Below, in pieces: positions 9,801 to 19,486 of a DNA stretch of 64,000 nt (position 1 is its first letter; each line of letters begins with the position of its first letter). The notes under the pieces are model-generated. The model was given only the letters and a program-made list of their open reading frames with translations. It had not been told where the DNA came from and made no database searches. Origin of the DNA: an uncultured Gammaproteobacteria bacterium (lineage in GTDB: Bacteria > Patescibacteriota > Microgenomatia > Daviesbacterales > UBA10151). The translations under genes and the position numbers were made by a program. The stretch is from the NCBI GenBank assembly GCA_964393525.1, contig CAYMTV010000001.1:1545-65544 (forward strand). The letters run 5' to 3'.

Positions 9801-10614
9801 TTTTTGGACGGCTTACTTGAAATGGTTTGATATTATAGTAGGGATGGATTTAGAGCCATTTCATAGAAGCGTCTATCAGCTGATACTGACTATTGTTGCA
9901 GCAGTCAGCACAACTTTCACTTCTCCATCGGATCTACAAATCAACCTGCAAAATCCCGGGGTAATTACAGCATATAATATTCTAGAAGAAAGTCTCAATA
10001 TTGATGAATCAGAAAGCATTCAGCTGGACACTGAAGATAAGATTAATCAGGATACGAGTAAGGTAGAAAAGATAAAATTAGTGATTAAAGAGTCTGATTC
10101 GACACCCACTCCAACACCAAGCCCTATTCCATCACCGGTAAAAAAAGCTACTCCAATTCCTAAAGAAACCACCGAACCTAAACAAACGAATGATATTGCC
10201 CTAAATTCAGAAGCAAATAAAGAAACAAAAACTGGTATAGAGCTGGTTAATCAAAATTTATCCGGTTCTGAACTGCTTTTCCAAATGGCCAATCAACACC
10301 GTGCAAAACTTGGTTTAGGAGTTTTTGAAAAAGATGAGAAGATTTGTCAAATTGCCCAACAAAGAGCTCCTCAAGTCTATGGAGAGGTTTTTACGGCTGG
10401 CCCAATGCATAAAGGGTTTTATGCACTTAATTTACCTTATTGGGCAGCAGAAAATATTGCCTCTTATCAGACAATAGAAGAAAATTTTAATTTTTGGATT
10501 GCCGATTATATCCACAGGAAGGCAATAGAAGGGGATTATAAATACAGCTGCGTTGCCTGCTTTGGGAATTCCTGCTCCCAAATATTTACAAGTTACATAC
10601 CAAAGAAGAATTGA
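9790..10614 (+). CDS. Secreted protein with PT-rich linker and possible CAP/SCP-like C-terminal domain
   Basis: N-terminal hydrophobic segment, a TPTPTPSPIPSP linker, and C-terminal NQHRAKLG / AAENIA / CVAC segments that resemble CAP motifs. Confidence 0.35.
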   Translation: MRSNFWTAYLKWFDIIVGMDLEPFHRSVYQLILTIVAAVSTTFTSPSDLQINLQNPGVITAYNILEESLNIDESESIQLDTEDKINQDTSKVEKIKLVIKESDSTPTPTPSPIPSPVKKATPIPKETTEPKQTNDIALNSEANKETKTGIELVNQNLSGSELLFQMANQHRAKLGLGVFEKDEKICQIAQQRAPQVYGEVFTAGPMHKGFYALNLPYWAAENIASYQTIEENFNFWIADYIHRKAIEGDYKYSCVACFGNSCSQIFTSYIPKKN

Positions 10615-10647
10615 TCTTTAGAAATATATACATGCTATCATTAATAT

Positions 10648-11922
10648 TTGAAACATATGTTTAAATTTCTAATACTGATTGGCTTAGTCTTAATTTTAGT
10701 TTTTTCGGCTTTAAATCAAGAAAGTGATACAATAATTAAAAACACTACCCTAAAAGATTTAAATATATCTAAAACTGCCGTAGATTATTCGGAAGATTTT
10801 AAGACGCTTGGTTTTAGTGGACAAAAAAAGTTGGTAGAAGATTCTCAGGGCAATGTTTATATTGCCTACAGAAAAAAAGTAAATAGTTACTATGAAATTT
10901 TTGTCTCCAAACTTAGCAAAAATGCCGACAATAATTTTCAAACAATCTATTCTGAAAATGTTTCCAGGTTTAGTAATAAAGTAAACCAAAGGGTACCCTC
11001 AATCTCAATTGATTCCAAAGACAATATTTATCTAGTCTGGTATGGAACAGATTCGGCAAAAGAGGAGAATAATAGACAAATCAAATATTCTAGCTCTCAA
11101 GATGGAGGAAAAACCTGGTCTAAGCTTGTCAATGTTTCCTTTGTTGAGGGATTTAAAAAACAAAACCTTTGGCAGGAACACCCGGACATTTTAGTAGGAA
11201 AAAATGATAAACTTTTTGTCGTGTGGGAAGGAAAGGATAAAGAAAATAATAATCAACAAATCAAATTTGCAAAGTCTAAAGATGGCTCAAGTTGGACAAA
11301 TTGGAAGAATATTCAGCCGGGAGCAGGCTCCCAATCCAGACCTACTATCCTGCAAGATAAAGACGGATTAATCTATGTTTTTATGTATTCAAGAAAGGGC
11401 CAAAAAGAGCATCAAATTTGGTACTCAACCTCCAATGACGAAGGCGAAACTTGGAGCAAATGGGAAAATATTTCAAAGTCAAATAATGATTCAAGGCATT
11501 TAGCGGCAGTAGTTGATAATCAAAATGTAATTCATATTGTCTGGAGGGAGTATAACCCGGAAAATAAGAGGACCCAAATCAGATATTCACAACTAAACGG
11601 TAGACAGTGGTCAAGTTCCAAAATTATTTCCAAATCGGGTACTTATCAGTATTTTCCTCAAATAGGGTTAGATAAGAACAATAAGGTTTATGTAGTCTGG
11701 TGGGAAACATCAAAGAGATACGAATATCCGGAAGAAGACCCACAAGAAGGTAACCTCTACTTGAGCATATTGCAAGATCAAAATTTTTCACCAACGCAAC
11801 TTATTTCCACCAAAGCCTATTTTCCTAATATTATCCAGAAATCGGCTATCGATGGAAGCTATATAATTTACTCCACCAAGGGTAAAAACTTCTCTATAAA
11901 TTTTACAGAAATCAAACTTTAA
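10648..11922 (+). CDS. Secreted BNR/Asp-box repeat protein (sialidase-like beta-propeller)
   Basis: Signal peptide and repeated SxDxGxTW motifs (SSQDGGKTWS, SKDGSSWT, STSNDEGETWS). Confidence 0.7.
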   Translation: MKHMFKFLILIGLVLILVFSALNQESDTIIKNTTLKDLNISKTAVDYSEDFKTLGFSGQKKLVEDSQGNVYIAYRKKVNSYYEIFVSKLSKNADNNFQTIYSENVSRFSNKVNQRVPSISIDSKDNIYLVWYGTDSAKEENNRQIKYSSSQDGGKTWSKLVNVSFVEGFKKQNLWQEHPDILVGKNDKLFVVWEGKDKENNNQQIKFAKSKDGSSWTNWKNIQPGAGSQSRPTILQDKDGLIYVFMYSRKGQKEHQIWYSTSNDEGETWSKWENISKSNNDSRHLAAVVDNQNVIHIVWREYNPENKRTQIRYSQLNGRQWSSSKIISKSGTYQYFPQIGLDKNNKVYVVWWETSKRYEYPEEDPQEGNLYLSILQDQNFSPTQLISTKAYFPNIIQKSAIDGSYIIYSTKGKNFSINFTEIKL

Positions 11923-11930
11923 GCCCTCTG

Positions 11931-11959
11931 TTGACATTTTAAGTGTAACGTTGTAGAAT
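11931..11959 (+). promoter_or_regulatory. Sigma70-like promoter TTGACA-N17-TAGAAT
   Basis: Canonical -35/-10 hexamers with 17-bp spacing upstream of the EPS genes. A second TTGACA...TATAAT (12017-12034) ends 8 nt before the ATG. Confidence 0.45.
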
Positions 11960-12042
11960 ATCCTGTAATAATTACTACTAGCTATAAATCAGCTTTGTAG
12001 TAATATTTTTTTTGAGTTGACAATTACCTATAATAAAAATAT

Positions 12043-12960
12043 ATGGGGAAAAGTAAAATAAAATTATCAATCATCGGTTCCGGTATAGTAGGTCAGGCAA
12101 CGGGCAAGGGTTTTATCGAAAAAGGGTTTGATGTAACCTTTATTGATGTTAATCCAAGCATTATTGAAAAATTAAACAGCCAAGGTTGCAGGGCTTATCT
12201 CGCAAGCGATAGGGAAAATATTCCCTATACCGACATTTCCATATTCACAGTTCCTACCCCCACTATTGGTGACGAAATCGAGCTAAAGTTTCTAAAAGCA
12301 GCTGCTAAAGATCTGGGAAAAAGAATCGGGAAGATGAAAAGAGATCACTTAGGAGTAGTCAGAAGTACTGTTGGCCCCGGAAGCACAGAGATTATGCTTA
12401 AAATTTTAGAAAAATACTCAGGTAAGAAAGCCGGCAAAGACTTTGGGGTTTGTATGAATCCAGAGTATCTAAGAGAAGTATCAGCCTTGGAAGATTTTGC
12501 TAATCCCTGGATTGTAGTAATAGGAGAATTTGATAAAAGATCAGGAGATTTATTAGAAAAAGTTTATAAAAGATTTAAAGCTCCGATCCACAGAGTTTCT
12601 TTGAAAGAAGCTGAAATGCAAAAATATGTTCACAATTTATACAACGCCTATAAAATCACTTTCTTTAATGAAATGAGAAGGATTGCTCAGGCTTTAAAAA
12701 TTGATGCCGAGAATATGTTTGAGATGACTGTCAAAAGCTGCGAGGGGATCTGGAATCACAGTTATGGGACCCGTAACTTTGGACCATTCTCCGGAAGCTG
12801 TCTGCCAAAAGATACTCAGGCATTTCTAGCTTGGGCACAGAAAAAAGGTTATGAAGCGGACTTGCTTGAAACTACGATTGAGGTTAATAAAACTTTTATT
12901 TCAAGAAAAGTAGATACAACCAGAATCCTCCCAACACGCTACTCAGAATTACCACTTTAG
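12043..12960 (+). CDS. UDP-glucose/GDP-mannose 6-dehydrogenase family protein, C-terminally short
   Basis: GSGIVGQATG NAD-binding motif, NPEYLREVSALEDF segment, and catalytic Cys in SCLPKD. It is 305 aa against the usual ~400-440, so the C-terminal nucleotide-sugar domain appears absent. Confidence 0.7.
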   Translation: MGKSKIKLSIIGSGIVGQATGKGFIEKGFDVTFIDVNPSIIEKLNSQGCRAYLASDRENIPYTDISIFTVPTPTIGDEIELKFLKAAAKDLGKRIGKMKRDHLGVVRSTVGPGSTEIMLKILEKYSGKKAGKDFGVCMNPEYLREVSALEDFANPWIVVIGEFDKRSGDLLEKVYKRFKAPIHRVSLKEAEMQKYVHNLYNAYKITFFNEMRRIAQALKIDAENMFEMTVKSCEGIWNHSYGTRNFGPFSGSCLPKDTQAFLAWAQKKGYEADLLETTIEVNKTFISRKVDTTRILPTRYSELPL

Positions 12961-12963
12961 GTT

Positions 12964-15885
12964 TTGGTAATAAATATTATGGATAATTTACTAGCCCAAA
13001 CACAAAATTACCTATCAATCATTGCTTTTTATCTTCCAATTGGAATCATTGGAGTTTGGCGTTGGCTGGTATGGCTTTTTAAAAAAGCTGTTGGATTGTA
13101 CTACAAGCCAAAAAGGAATAACTATAAAGCATCTGTTTCTATAATTACTCCAGTTTATAATGAAGATCCAGCTATTTTAAAAAAAGCACTTTTTTCCTGG
13201 AAGGAAAATGATCCTTTTGAAATCATTGCAGTCATAGATTATACCGATAAACAATCGATTGGAATTTTTAAAAAATTCAGCAAAACTTTTTCTCGGGCAA
13301 AACTGATTATTACTAAAAAGCCTGGAAAAAGATCAGCTCTGGCTGATGGTATAAAAAAGGCAAAAGGAGAAATTGTTGCATTAGTTGATTCGGATACTTT
13401 ATGGACAGAAACAGTTATTATAAACTGTCTCCCGCCCTTTAAAGACCCTAAAGTTGCCGGAGCAACAACCAGGCAAAATGTTTTAAATACTAACTCTTTA
13501 GCCCAGAAATTATTTGATATCCAATTGGATCTTAGGTATTTTGACGAATTTCCGTTTTTAGCAGCAGCTGGTGATGCACTGGTCTGTTTGTCTGGTAGAA
13601 CCGCTTTTTATCGCAGAAAAGTAGTACTTCCTATGTGTGAAGATTTAGTCAATGAGACATTTTTGGGTAAACCTGTCATCTCAGGTGATGATAAAAGACT
13701 TACCTACCTTGTTTTGGCAGCCGGATGGAAAGTAGCTTATCAAAAAAATGCCAGAGTGTTTACGCCGGGAATGGTTGATCTAAAAAGCTACTTAAAACAA
13801 CGCTTAAGATGGACTAGAAATAGCTTAAGGGCTGATATAAAAGCGATAATTCAAGGTTGGCCCTTTAGACACCCAGGCTTAGTATTTTTCCAAATAGATA
13901 AGATTGTCCAATCATTTGCCATAGTCTTAAGTCCAATCTATTTTTTTGTATCACTATATTTAGGGCTTTACTTAGGCGCATTCTTAATCTTTGCTTGGTG
14001 GTTTATCTCAAGGGCAATTAAAATCTATCCTCATATAAAAAGAAGGCCACAAGATATATCCCTTTTGCCATTTTATGTTCTATACACCTTTATCTCAGCC
14101 GTTTTAAAGATCTACGCCCTATTTACCTTAAACACCCAGAGCTGGATCACCAGATGGGATCAAAGCAGGCTTCCTCAATTTAAATTTATCCAATATCTTC
14201 CAGCCTATGCCATGACAGTCATTTTACTTGCTTTTTTGACTTTTGGAGTTTATTCCCAAAAACAGGGAATTATGCTTTTAGAACCAGTGGAATTAAAACA
14301 AACTCCAGTTCAGGTAGAGAACTTAATATTAAAACCAGATGTGGAAGTGGCCCAAGCTAAGGAAGATCTCGATTCAACATATGTTAACGAAAAAGGTACA
14401 TTGGTTCAAAAATATGTAGTGAAGCCAGGCGATACACTCTCGCAAATTGCCTATAACTTTAACACTGACACCGAGGATGTTTTAGAGGCTAATATAAATA
14501 TTTTACCTAACTGGAATGTAATTGAACCGGGGACAATTTTAAGCATCCCGTATCAAAATTTCAGTCTTGAATCTCCTCGCACTAAATCTTTTACAATTAA
14601 GAATTTGCCAAAACTGGATATAACTTATGATAAGGAAGATAATACAATTCATCTCTTTGGAAGAGGTAACCCAATCACTCTTAAGACCTTACAAGAAAAG
14701 CTCGGTAATGATCGGATTGAAGAGATTGCTCCTAAGCAATGGCTATTAAAATCTAATCTCAAACTCGAAAATGGTGTTTCCTTAACTTTAAATAAAAATG
14801 AGGTTGAATGGCTTAAATTAAAAAGCGAACCAGGTAGTTTTGTTACTTTAAGAACTTGGGGTGGAAATATTCATATTGATGGTGTAAAGGTCTCTTCTTG
14901 GGATACAACCAAAAATGATTATGATAAAAACGAGAAAGATGGTAGAAGCTTTATCATGGTCAAATATAACTCAAGGATGGATATAATAAACTCAGATTTG
15001 GGTTACCTGGGCTTTTATCCCCGTTCTGCATCTGATGGCTCATCTTATGGAGTTTCCTGGAAGTTGCCCGATGGGACATATAGGAAATACTTCGTTACAG
15101 GTGAGGTTTTAAACTCAAAGTTTCATCATAACTATTTTGGCGCTTATACTTATGGTGCAACCGGGATGGTCTGGAGAGGAAATGATTTTTATAACAACAT
15201 TCAATATGGATTAGATCCTCATGATGATTCAAATGGATTTTTGGTTGAGAATAATACATCACATGATAATGGAAACCATGGGATAATTTTTTCTAAAAGA
15301 TGTGTTAATAACATCATCAGAAACAATATCTCCTATAATAATAGATTGCATGGGATAATGTTGGATAGAAATTCTGATAATAATATCGTGGAGAATAACT
15401 CTGTTTTTGGAAATAAAGACGGTATTGCCCTTTATGATTCAAGTAATAATATCGTTAGAAATAATAAGATTGAGAGGAATAAAAGAGGTCTGAGGGCGAA
15501 TACTAAGTCTCAAAATAATACTGTTTTAAATAACAACTTTAACAGTAATTCTCAGTATGGAGTATACCTTTATGGTCAGGCCAACAGCACTATAATCTCT
15601 AAAAATAGCTTTAATCAAAACAATGTGGCACTGTATGTTAAGACAAATACCAATCAAATAAATGATAATAATATTACCAATAATAAAACTGGTGTTTATT
15701 TTGTGGATAGGGCATCTGATAATAAGGTTACTAAAAACGTTATTACAGATAATAAAAAATATGGTATTTTTACCAAGACCTTTAAGGGAACTAAAAATAT
15801 TGTAGGAGATAATGTGCTTTCTAATAATGGCCAAGATATCTTTACAGCCTCTTTAAAAGATCCAGCACTTTCCCAAGCAAGATGA
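12964..15885 (+). CDS. Processive GT2 polysaccharide synthase fused to LysM and a C-terminal parallel beta-helix (PbH1) domain
   Basis: GT2 motifs VDSDT, GDD and QRLRWTRN (QxxRW), followed by multiple TM helices. A LysM domain (YVVKPGDTLSQIAYNF) lies near residue 485. At least 10 NNxIxxN beta-helix repeats make up the last ~280 aa. Confidence 0.8.
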   Translation: MVINIMDNLLAQTQNYLSIIAFYLPIGIIGVWRWLVWLFKKAVGLYYKPKRNNYKASVSIITPVYNEDPAILKKALFSWKENDPFEIIAVIDYTDKQSIGIFKKFSKTFSRAKLIITKKPGKRSALADGIKKAKGEIVALVDSDTLWTETVIINCLPPFKDPKVAGATTRQNVLNTNSLAQKLFDIQLDLRYFDEFPFLAAAGDALVCLSGRTAFYRRKVVLPMCEDLVNETFLGKPVISGDDKRLTYLVLAAGWKVAYQKNARVFTPGMVDLKSYLKQRLRWTRNSLRADIKAIIQGWPFRHPGLVFFQIDKIVQSFAIVLSPIYFFVSLYLGLYLGAFLIFAWWFISRAIKIYPHIKRRPQDISLLPFYVLYTFISAVLKIYALFTLNTQSWITRWDQSRLPQFKFIQYLPAYAMTVILLAFLTFGVYSQKQGIMLLEPVELKQTPVQVENLILKPDVEVAQAKEDLDSTYVNEKGTLVQKYVVKPGDTLSQIAYNFNTDTEDVLEANINILPNWNVIEPGTILSIPYQNFSLESPRTKSFTIKNLPKLDITYDKEDNTIHLFGRGNPITLKTLQEKLGNDRIEEIAPKQWLLKSNLKLENGVSLTLNKNEVEWLKLKSEPGSFVTLRTWGGNIHIDGVKVSSWDTTKNDYDKNEKDGRSFIMVKYNSRMDIINSDLGYLGFYPRSASDGSSYGVSWKLPDGTYRKYFVTGEVLNSKFHHNYFGAYTYGATGMVWRGNDFYNNIQYGLDPHDDSNGFLVENNTSHDNGNHGIIFSKRCVNNIIRNNISYNNRLHGIMLDRNSDNNIVENNSVFGNKDGIALYDSSNNIVRNNKIERNKRGLRANTKSQNNTVLNNNFNSNSQYGVYLYGQANSTIISKNSFNQNNVALYVKTNTNQINDNNITNNKTGVYFVDRASDNKVTKNVITDNKKYGIFTKTFKGTKNIVGDNVLSNNGQDIFTASLKDPALSQAR

Positions 15886-15911
15886 AGCAAGCTTGCTTCT
15901 TTACCTTTCAA

Positions 15912-17093
15912 TCAATCTTTCATTTTTTTTAATGGTAACTCAACCGTAAAAGTTGAGCCCTGTCCCTCTTTACTGTCAACGGAAATTTTTCCGCCATGGG
16001 CTTTGATAACCTGATTTGTAATGTAAAGACCAACACCCAGCCCTTTATAGTGATTATCGTGGACTGCTCTTTCAAAAAGTTCAAAGATCTTAGCTTTTTC
16101 CCTGGAAGGTATTCCAATGCCATGATCCTTTACTATAATCTTTCCCGTTGCATTTTGTTTAAAGACCCTCACCTCGATAGGTTTTCCTTGCCCATACTTT
16201 AGTGCATTGGAGATTAAGTTCATCAAAACCTGCTCGATTCTTAAGGGATCAAACTTCCCCTTAACCACGCCGTTAGTATCGATCCTAATCTCGATATTTT
16301 CCTTTTCCGACTTTTCGGCAAAGCGCTTAATTACGTCTTTTGTTAACTGGCTTAAATCTGATTCCTCAAGATCCAGACTCATTCTGCCTGTTGTGATTAA
16401 TGAAACATTTAAAAGGTCGTTGATCATTCTAGAAAGACGTTGGGTTTGTTGTTCAGCACTCTCCAGCATATCCAATAGGTTTTGAACGGAAAAGGAGGCT
16501 AATGAAACATTTCTGATATTATGCAAAGCAGTTTGAAGTTTAAGTAGAGTAGTGGTAAGAGGAGTTTTTAGCTCATGAGAGGCAATTGATAAGAATTCAT
16601 CCCTGACCTTAATTTCTTTTTTGGCTTTCAAGTTCTCTCCCTCCAGGTTTTTTATGCGATTTTGGGATGCTTTCTCAAGTTTATTAAACTCCGATAGTAA
16701 ACTCAGTTGTTTTAACCTGGCTGTAATGTAGCTTATGGTAACCCCCAGTAAAATAAAAATACTTATTTCTAAAACTGAAAAAAGATTTAATGGAAACTTA
16801 AGGGGATAAAATAGAAATATTATTGAAACAGTGCCGAAAATAATAGTAATTAGGGATGTTTTTAAATCACCGGTCAAAGCAGTTAAAAAAATTGCTAAGG
16901 AAAAGAGTAAATATGAGACTGTTTTTCCGTTACTTGGGTCTAAAGTCAGGCTTATTTGAAGTGATAATAAGCAGAAAAGAACCACAGCCCCATACCTGAA
17001 TGTATAGCTTTGCAGGTTTTCTTTAGGAAACTTTGATTGCCTTATCAAGTCCCGATACAAACCTTTTACTAATGCAAATTTCATAGTTTGCAA
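15912..17093 (-). CDS. Sensor histidine kinase (multi-TM sensor, HisKA + HATPase)
   Basis: H-box ASHELKTPLT, N-box LISNALKYG, G-boxes DHGIGIP and GLGVGLYI, and about 5 N-terminal TM helices. Confidence 0.85.
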   Translation of the reverse strand: MQTMKFALVKGLYRDLIRQSKFPKENLQSYTFRYGAVVLFCLLSLQISLTLDPSNGKTVSYLLFSLAIFLTALTGDLKTSLITIIFGTVSIIFLFYPLKFPLNLFSVLEISIFILLGVTISYITARLKQLSLLSEFNKLEKASQNRIKNLEGENLKAKKEIKVRDEFLSIASHELKTPLTTTLLKLQTALHNIRNVSLASFSVQNLLDMLESAEQQTQRLSRMINDLLNVSLITTGRMSLDLEESDLSQLTKDVIKRFAEKSEKENIEIRIDTNGVVKGKFDPLRIEQVLMNLISNALKYGQGKPIEVRVFKQNATGKIIVKDHGIGIPSREKAKIFELFERAVHDNHYKGLGVGLYITNQVIKAHGGKISVDSKEGQGSTFTVELPLKKMKD

Positions 17094-17155
17094 AGTATAT
17101 TAATAATTTACTCTAAGATCAAATCAGGTTAATGCAGTAAAAGTGGATGGAAGTA

Positions 17156-17716
17156 TTAATCTTGTTTTCCGTGGATTAGTGCATCAATAACATCGTGAGG
17201 CAAAGTTGCTGCATTAAGTAAGGCTTTTCTGACAATATTTCCGGCTTCGGAACCAATCTCATCGGCTGCTCTCAAAGATCCAATGACCGCATCTTTTGCA
17301 AGTTCCGCGGCATCTCCTCCAATATCATTGGCGGCCTTAATCGCTCCTTCTACCGCGGAAACCGCTGCTCCACCAAGGTCCTGACCTACTGAGTTTGCTC
17401 CCTTTATCGCTCCAGAGGCAGAATCAACAGTTGCAGTGCCGATATCCTGACCGACGTCTTTGGCCCCTTCAATTGCACCACTAACAAGCCCCACGATTGC
17501 ATCTGTGACCGATACTCCGGTTTCCGAAGCTGCCTTGACCCCGTCTGAAGCAACGCCTGTAACAAAATCCAAAGAAGTGGTAGCGACATTCCCCCCTGCT
17601 TGAATTGTATTTACAACATTATCTTTAACTACATCCCTGGTGGTATTTACAACATCTCCGGCTCCGGAAACGATTGAAGAAAGGGAGTTTTTCAGATCAT
17701 CTACGATATTACCCAT
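17156..17716 (-). CDS. Repetitive Ala/Gly/Val-rich protein with 11-residue periodicity
   Basis: Tandem 11-mers such as VSGAIEGAKDV / GQDIGTATVDS / ASGAIKGANSV / GQDLGGAAVSA, similar in composition to LEA or synuclein-type amphipathic repeats. Confidence 0.5.
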   Translation of the reverse strand: MGNIVDDLKNSLSSIVSGAGDVVNTTRDVVKDNVVNTIQAGGNVATTSLDFVTGVASDGVKAASETGVSVTDAIVGLVSGAIEGAKDVGQDIGTATVDSASGAIKGANSVGQDLGGAAVSAVEGAIKAANDIGGDAAELAKDAVIGSLRAADEIGSEAGNIVRKALLNAATLPHDVIDALIHGKQD

Positions 17717-17808
17717 TGGTTAAATAAAAACATATTTTTTAGTATCTGTCAACCTCCTCAATTTTCATGGTTTACTTTTCTAATTAAAAATATGATACTT
17801 CTTTCGCA

Positions 17809-19017
17809 ATGATCAGCGTTTCAAAAAGATTAACCGATCTTCCGGTATCATCCGTCCGTAAGCTCTCTCCTTATGCCGCTGAGGCTAAAAATAAAGGTGT
17901 GAAAATTTACCACTTAAACATCGGTGATCCGGATATTAAAACCCCTAAAGTTATGATCGATGTTTTGCGAAACTGGAGTATTAATCCTATCCGCTATGCT
18001 AATTCATCCGGAGAGTCCGAGTTTATTCAGGCCCTAAGAAGCTACTACAACGGTCTAGGTTTTACTCAAATTAAAGAATCCGATATTTTGGCAACCGTTG
18101 GAGGTTCAGAGGCGGTAGTGATGGCAATGTATGCAACCTGCGGACCTGGGGATGAAATCTTAGTTTTTGAGCCTTTTTATTCAAATTATGCCACCTGTGC
18201 TAAATTCTGCGATATTAAGCTTGTTCCGGTTGAAACTACAATAAAAAACGGTTTTCACCTGCCCGACAGAAAAGTAATTGAAGAAAAAATTACCAGGAAA
18301 GCGAAGGCTATTTTAGTCTGTTCGCCAAATAATCCAACTGGCGCTATTTATACGAGGAAAGAATATAAAATACTTGTAGAAATTGCCAAGGAAAAAAATC
18401 TGTTTCTAATATCCGATGAAGTTTACAGAGAATATATCTTTGGAAATATTAAGCACACCTCGGTTCTGGAATTTTTAAATGAAATTCCGGAGCAGATAAT
18501 TCTTTTGGACAGCCTTTCCAAAAGGTACAGTTTATGCGGGGCGAGGCTTGGAATTTTAATGAGTTTAAATCAGGAAGTAATAAAGGGTACACTTAAGCTT
18601 GCCCAGGGCAGGTTATCTGGCGGGATTATCGACCAGATGGTTGGCGCTAAACTGACCCGCGTCCCCAAAAGTTATATTGAGAAAGTAAGACAAGAATATG
18701 AGAAAAGACGGGATGTCTTATATGAAGGTTTGTCAAAAATTAAAGGAGTTTTTCTTACAAAACCGGAAGGAGCTTTTTATACTATGGTAAGCCTACCGGT
18801 TGAGAATGCGGAGGATTTTTCAATATATCTTTTAAAAGATTTTAGAGATAAAAATGAAACAGTCATGCTTGCGCCGGGGGAGGGATTTTACGGCACAAAA
18901 AATCAGGGCTTAAATCAGGTCAGAATTGCCTATGTATTAAACACTCGTGATTTAAAAAGGTGCATTGAAATAATTGATAAAGCACTGCAAAAATACAATA
19001 TTGAAAAGTTCCCTTAA
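17809..19017 (+). CDS. Class I/II PLP-dependent aminotransferase (aspartate/aromatic type)
   Basis: SLSKRYSLCGARLG (PLP lysine), 402 aa, fold type I. Confidence 0.85.
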   Translation: MISVSKRLTDLPVSSVRKLSPYAAEAKNKGVKIYHLNIGDPDIKTPKVMIDVLRNWSINPIRYANSSGESEFIQALRSYYNGLGFTQIKESDILATVGGSEAVVMAMYATCGPGDEILVFEPFYSNYATCAKFCDIKLVPVETTIKNGFHLPDRKVIEEKITRKAKAILVCSPNNPTGAIYTRKEYKILVEIAKEKNLFLISDEVYREYIFGNIKHTSVLEFLNEIPEQIILLDSLSKRYSLCGARLGILMSLNQEVIKGTLKLAQGRLSGGIIDQMVGAKLTRVPKSYIEKVRQEYEKRRDVLYEGLSKIKGVFLTKPEGAFYTMVSLPVENAEDFSIYLLKDFRDKNETVMLAPGEGFYGTKNQGLNQVRIAYVLNTRDLKRCIEIIDKALQKYNIEKFP

Positions 19018-19183
19018 AACACTGGATAGTTTGAGTTTGAAAGATAGGAACTTTTCAATCAGCTTTGCTGTAGATCGTAAGTATTGAACAAATATTGCTC
19101 TCTGATGCATTTCTTACCCAATTTTTCACCCACTCTTAAACCCATTGCTTAACATAATAGATTCTTCAAATTGAAGACAGGAG

Positions 19184-19447
19184 GTGAGCTTCCTAATGAA
19201 TATATTAGCTTGGATTGTATTTGGGCTTGTTGCCGGAAGTATCGCGAATCTCTTGGATCCTAATCCGTCATCCGGCGGGTTTTTGGGATCGATAGTTTTA
19301 GGGATACTAGGAGCATTGGCTGGAGGATTTTTGGCAAACTTATTATTCGGGCTTGAGCTTACAGGTTTTAACTTTACGTCTTTTGTAATCGCGGTACTTG
19401 GGTCATTATTACTCTTATTCTTAGGCAGAGCTGCAAGACGAGCTTGA
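19184..19447 (+). CDS. GlsB/YeaQ/YmgE family small membrane protein
   Basis: 87 aa with two Gly-rich TM helices. Strong SD AGGAGGTGA 8 nt upstream. Confidence 0.7.
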   Translation: MSFLMNILAWIVFGLVAGSIANLLDPNPSSGGFLGSIVLGILGALAGGFLANLLFGLELTGFNFTSFVIAVLGSLLLLFLGRAARRA

Positions 19448-19486
19448 TAAGATTTCTATATTTCTGGTAGTATCAAACCTCTGTCT

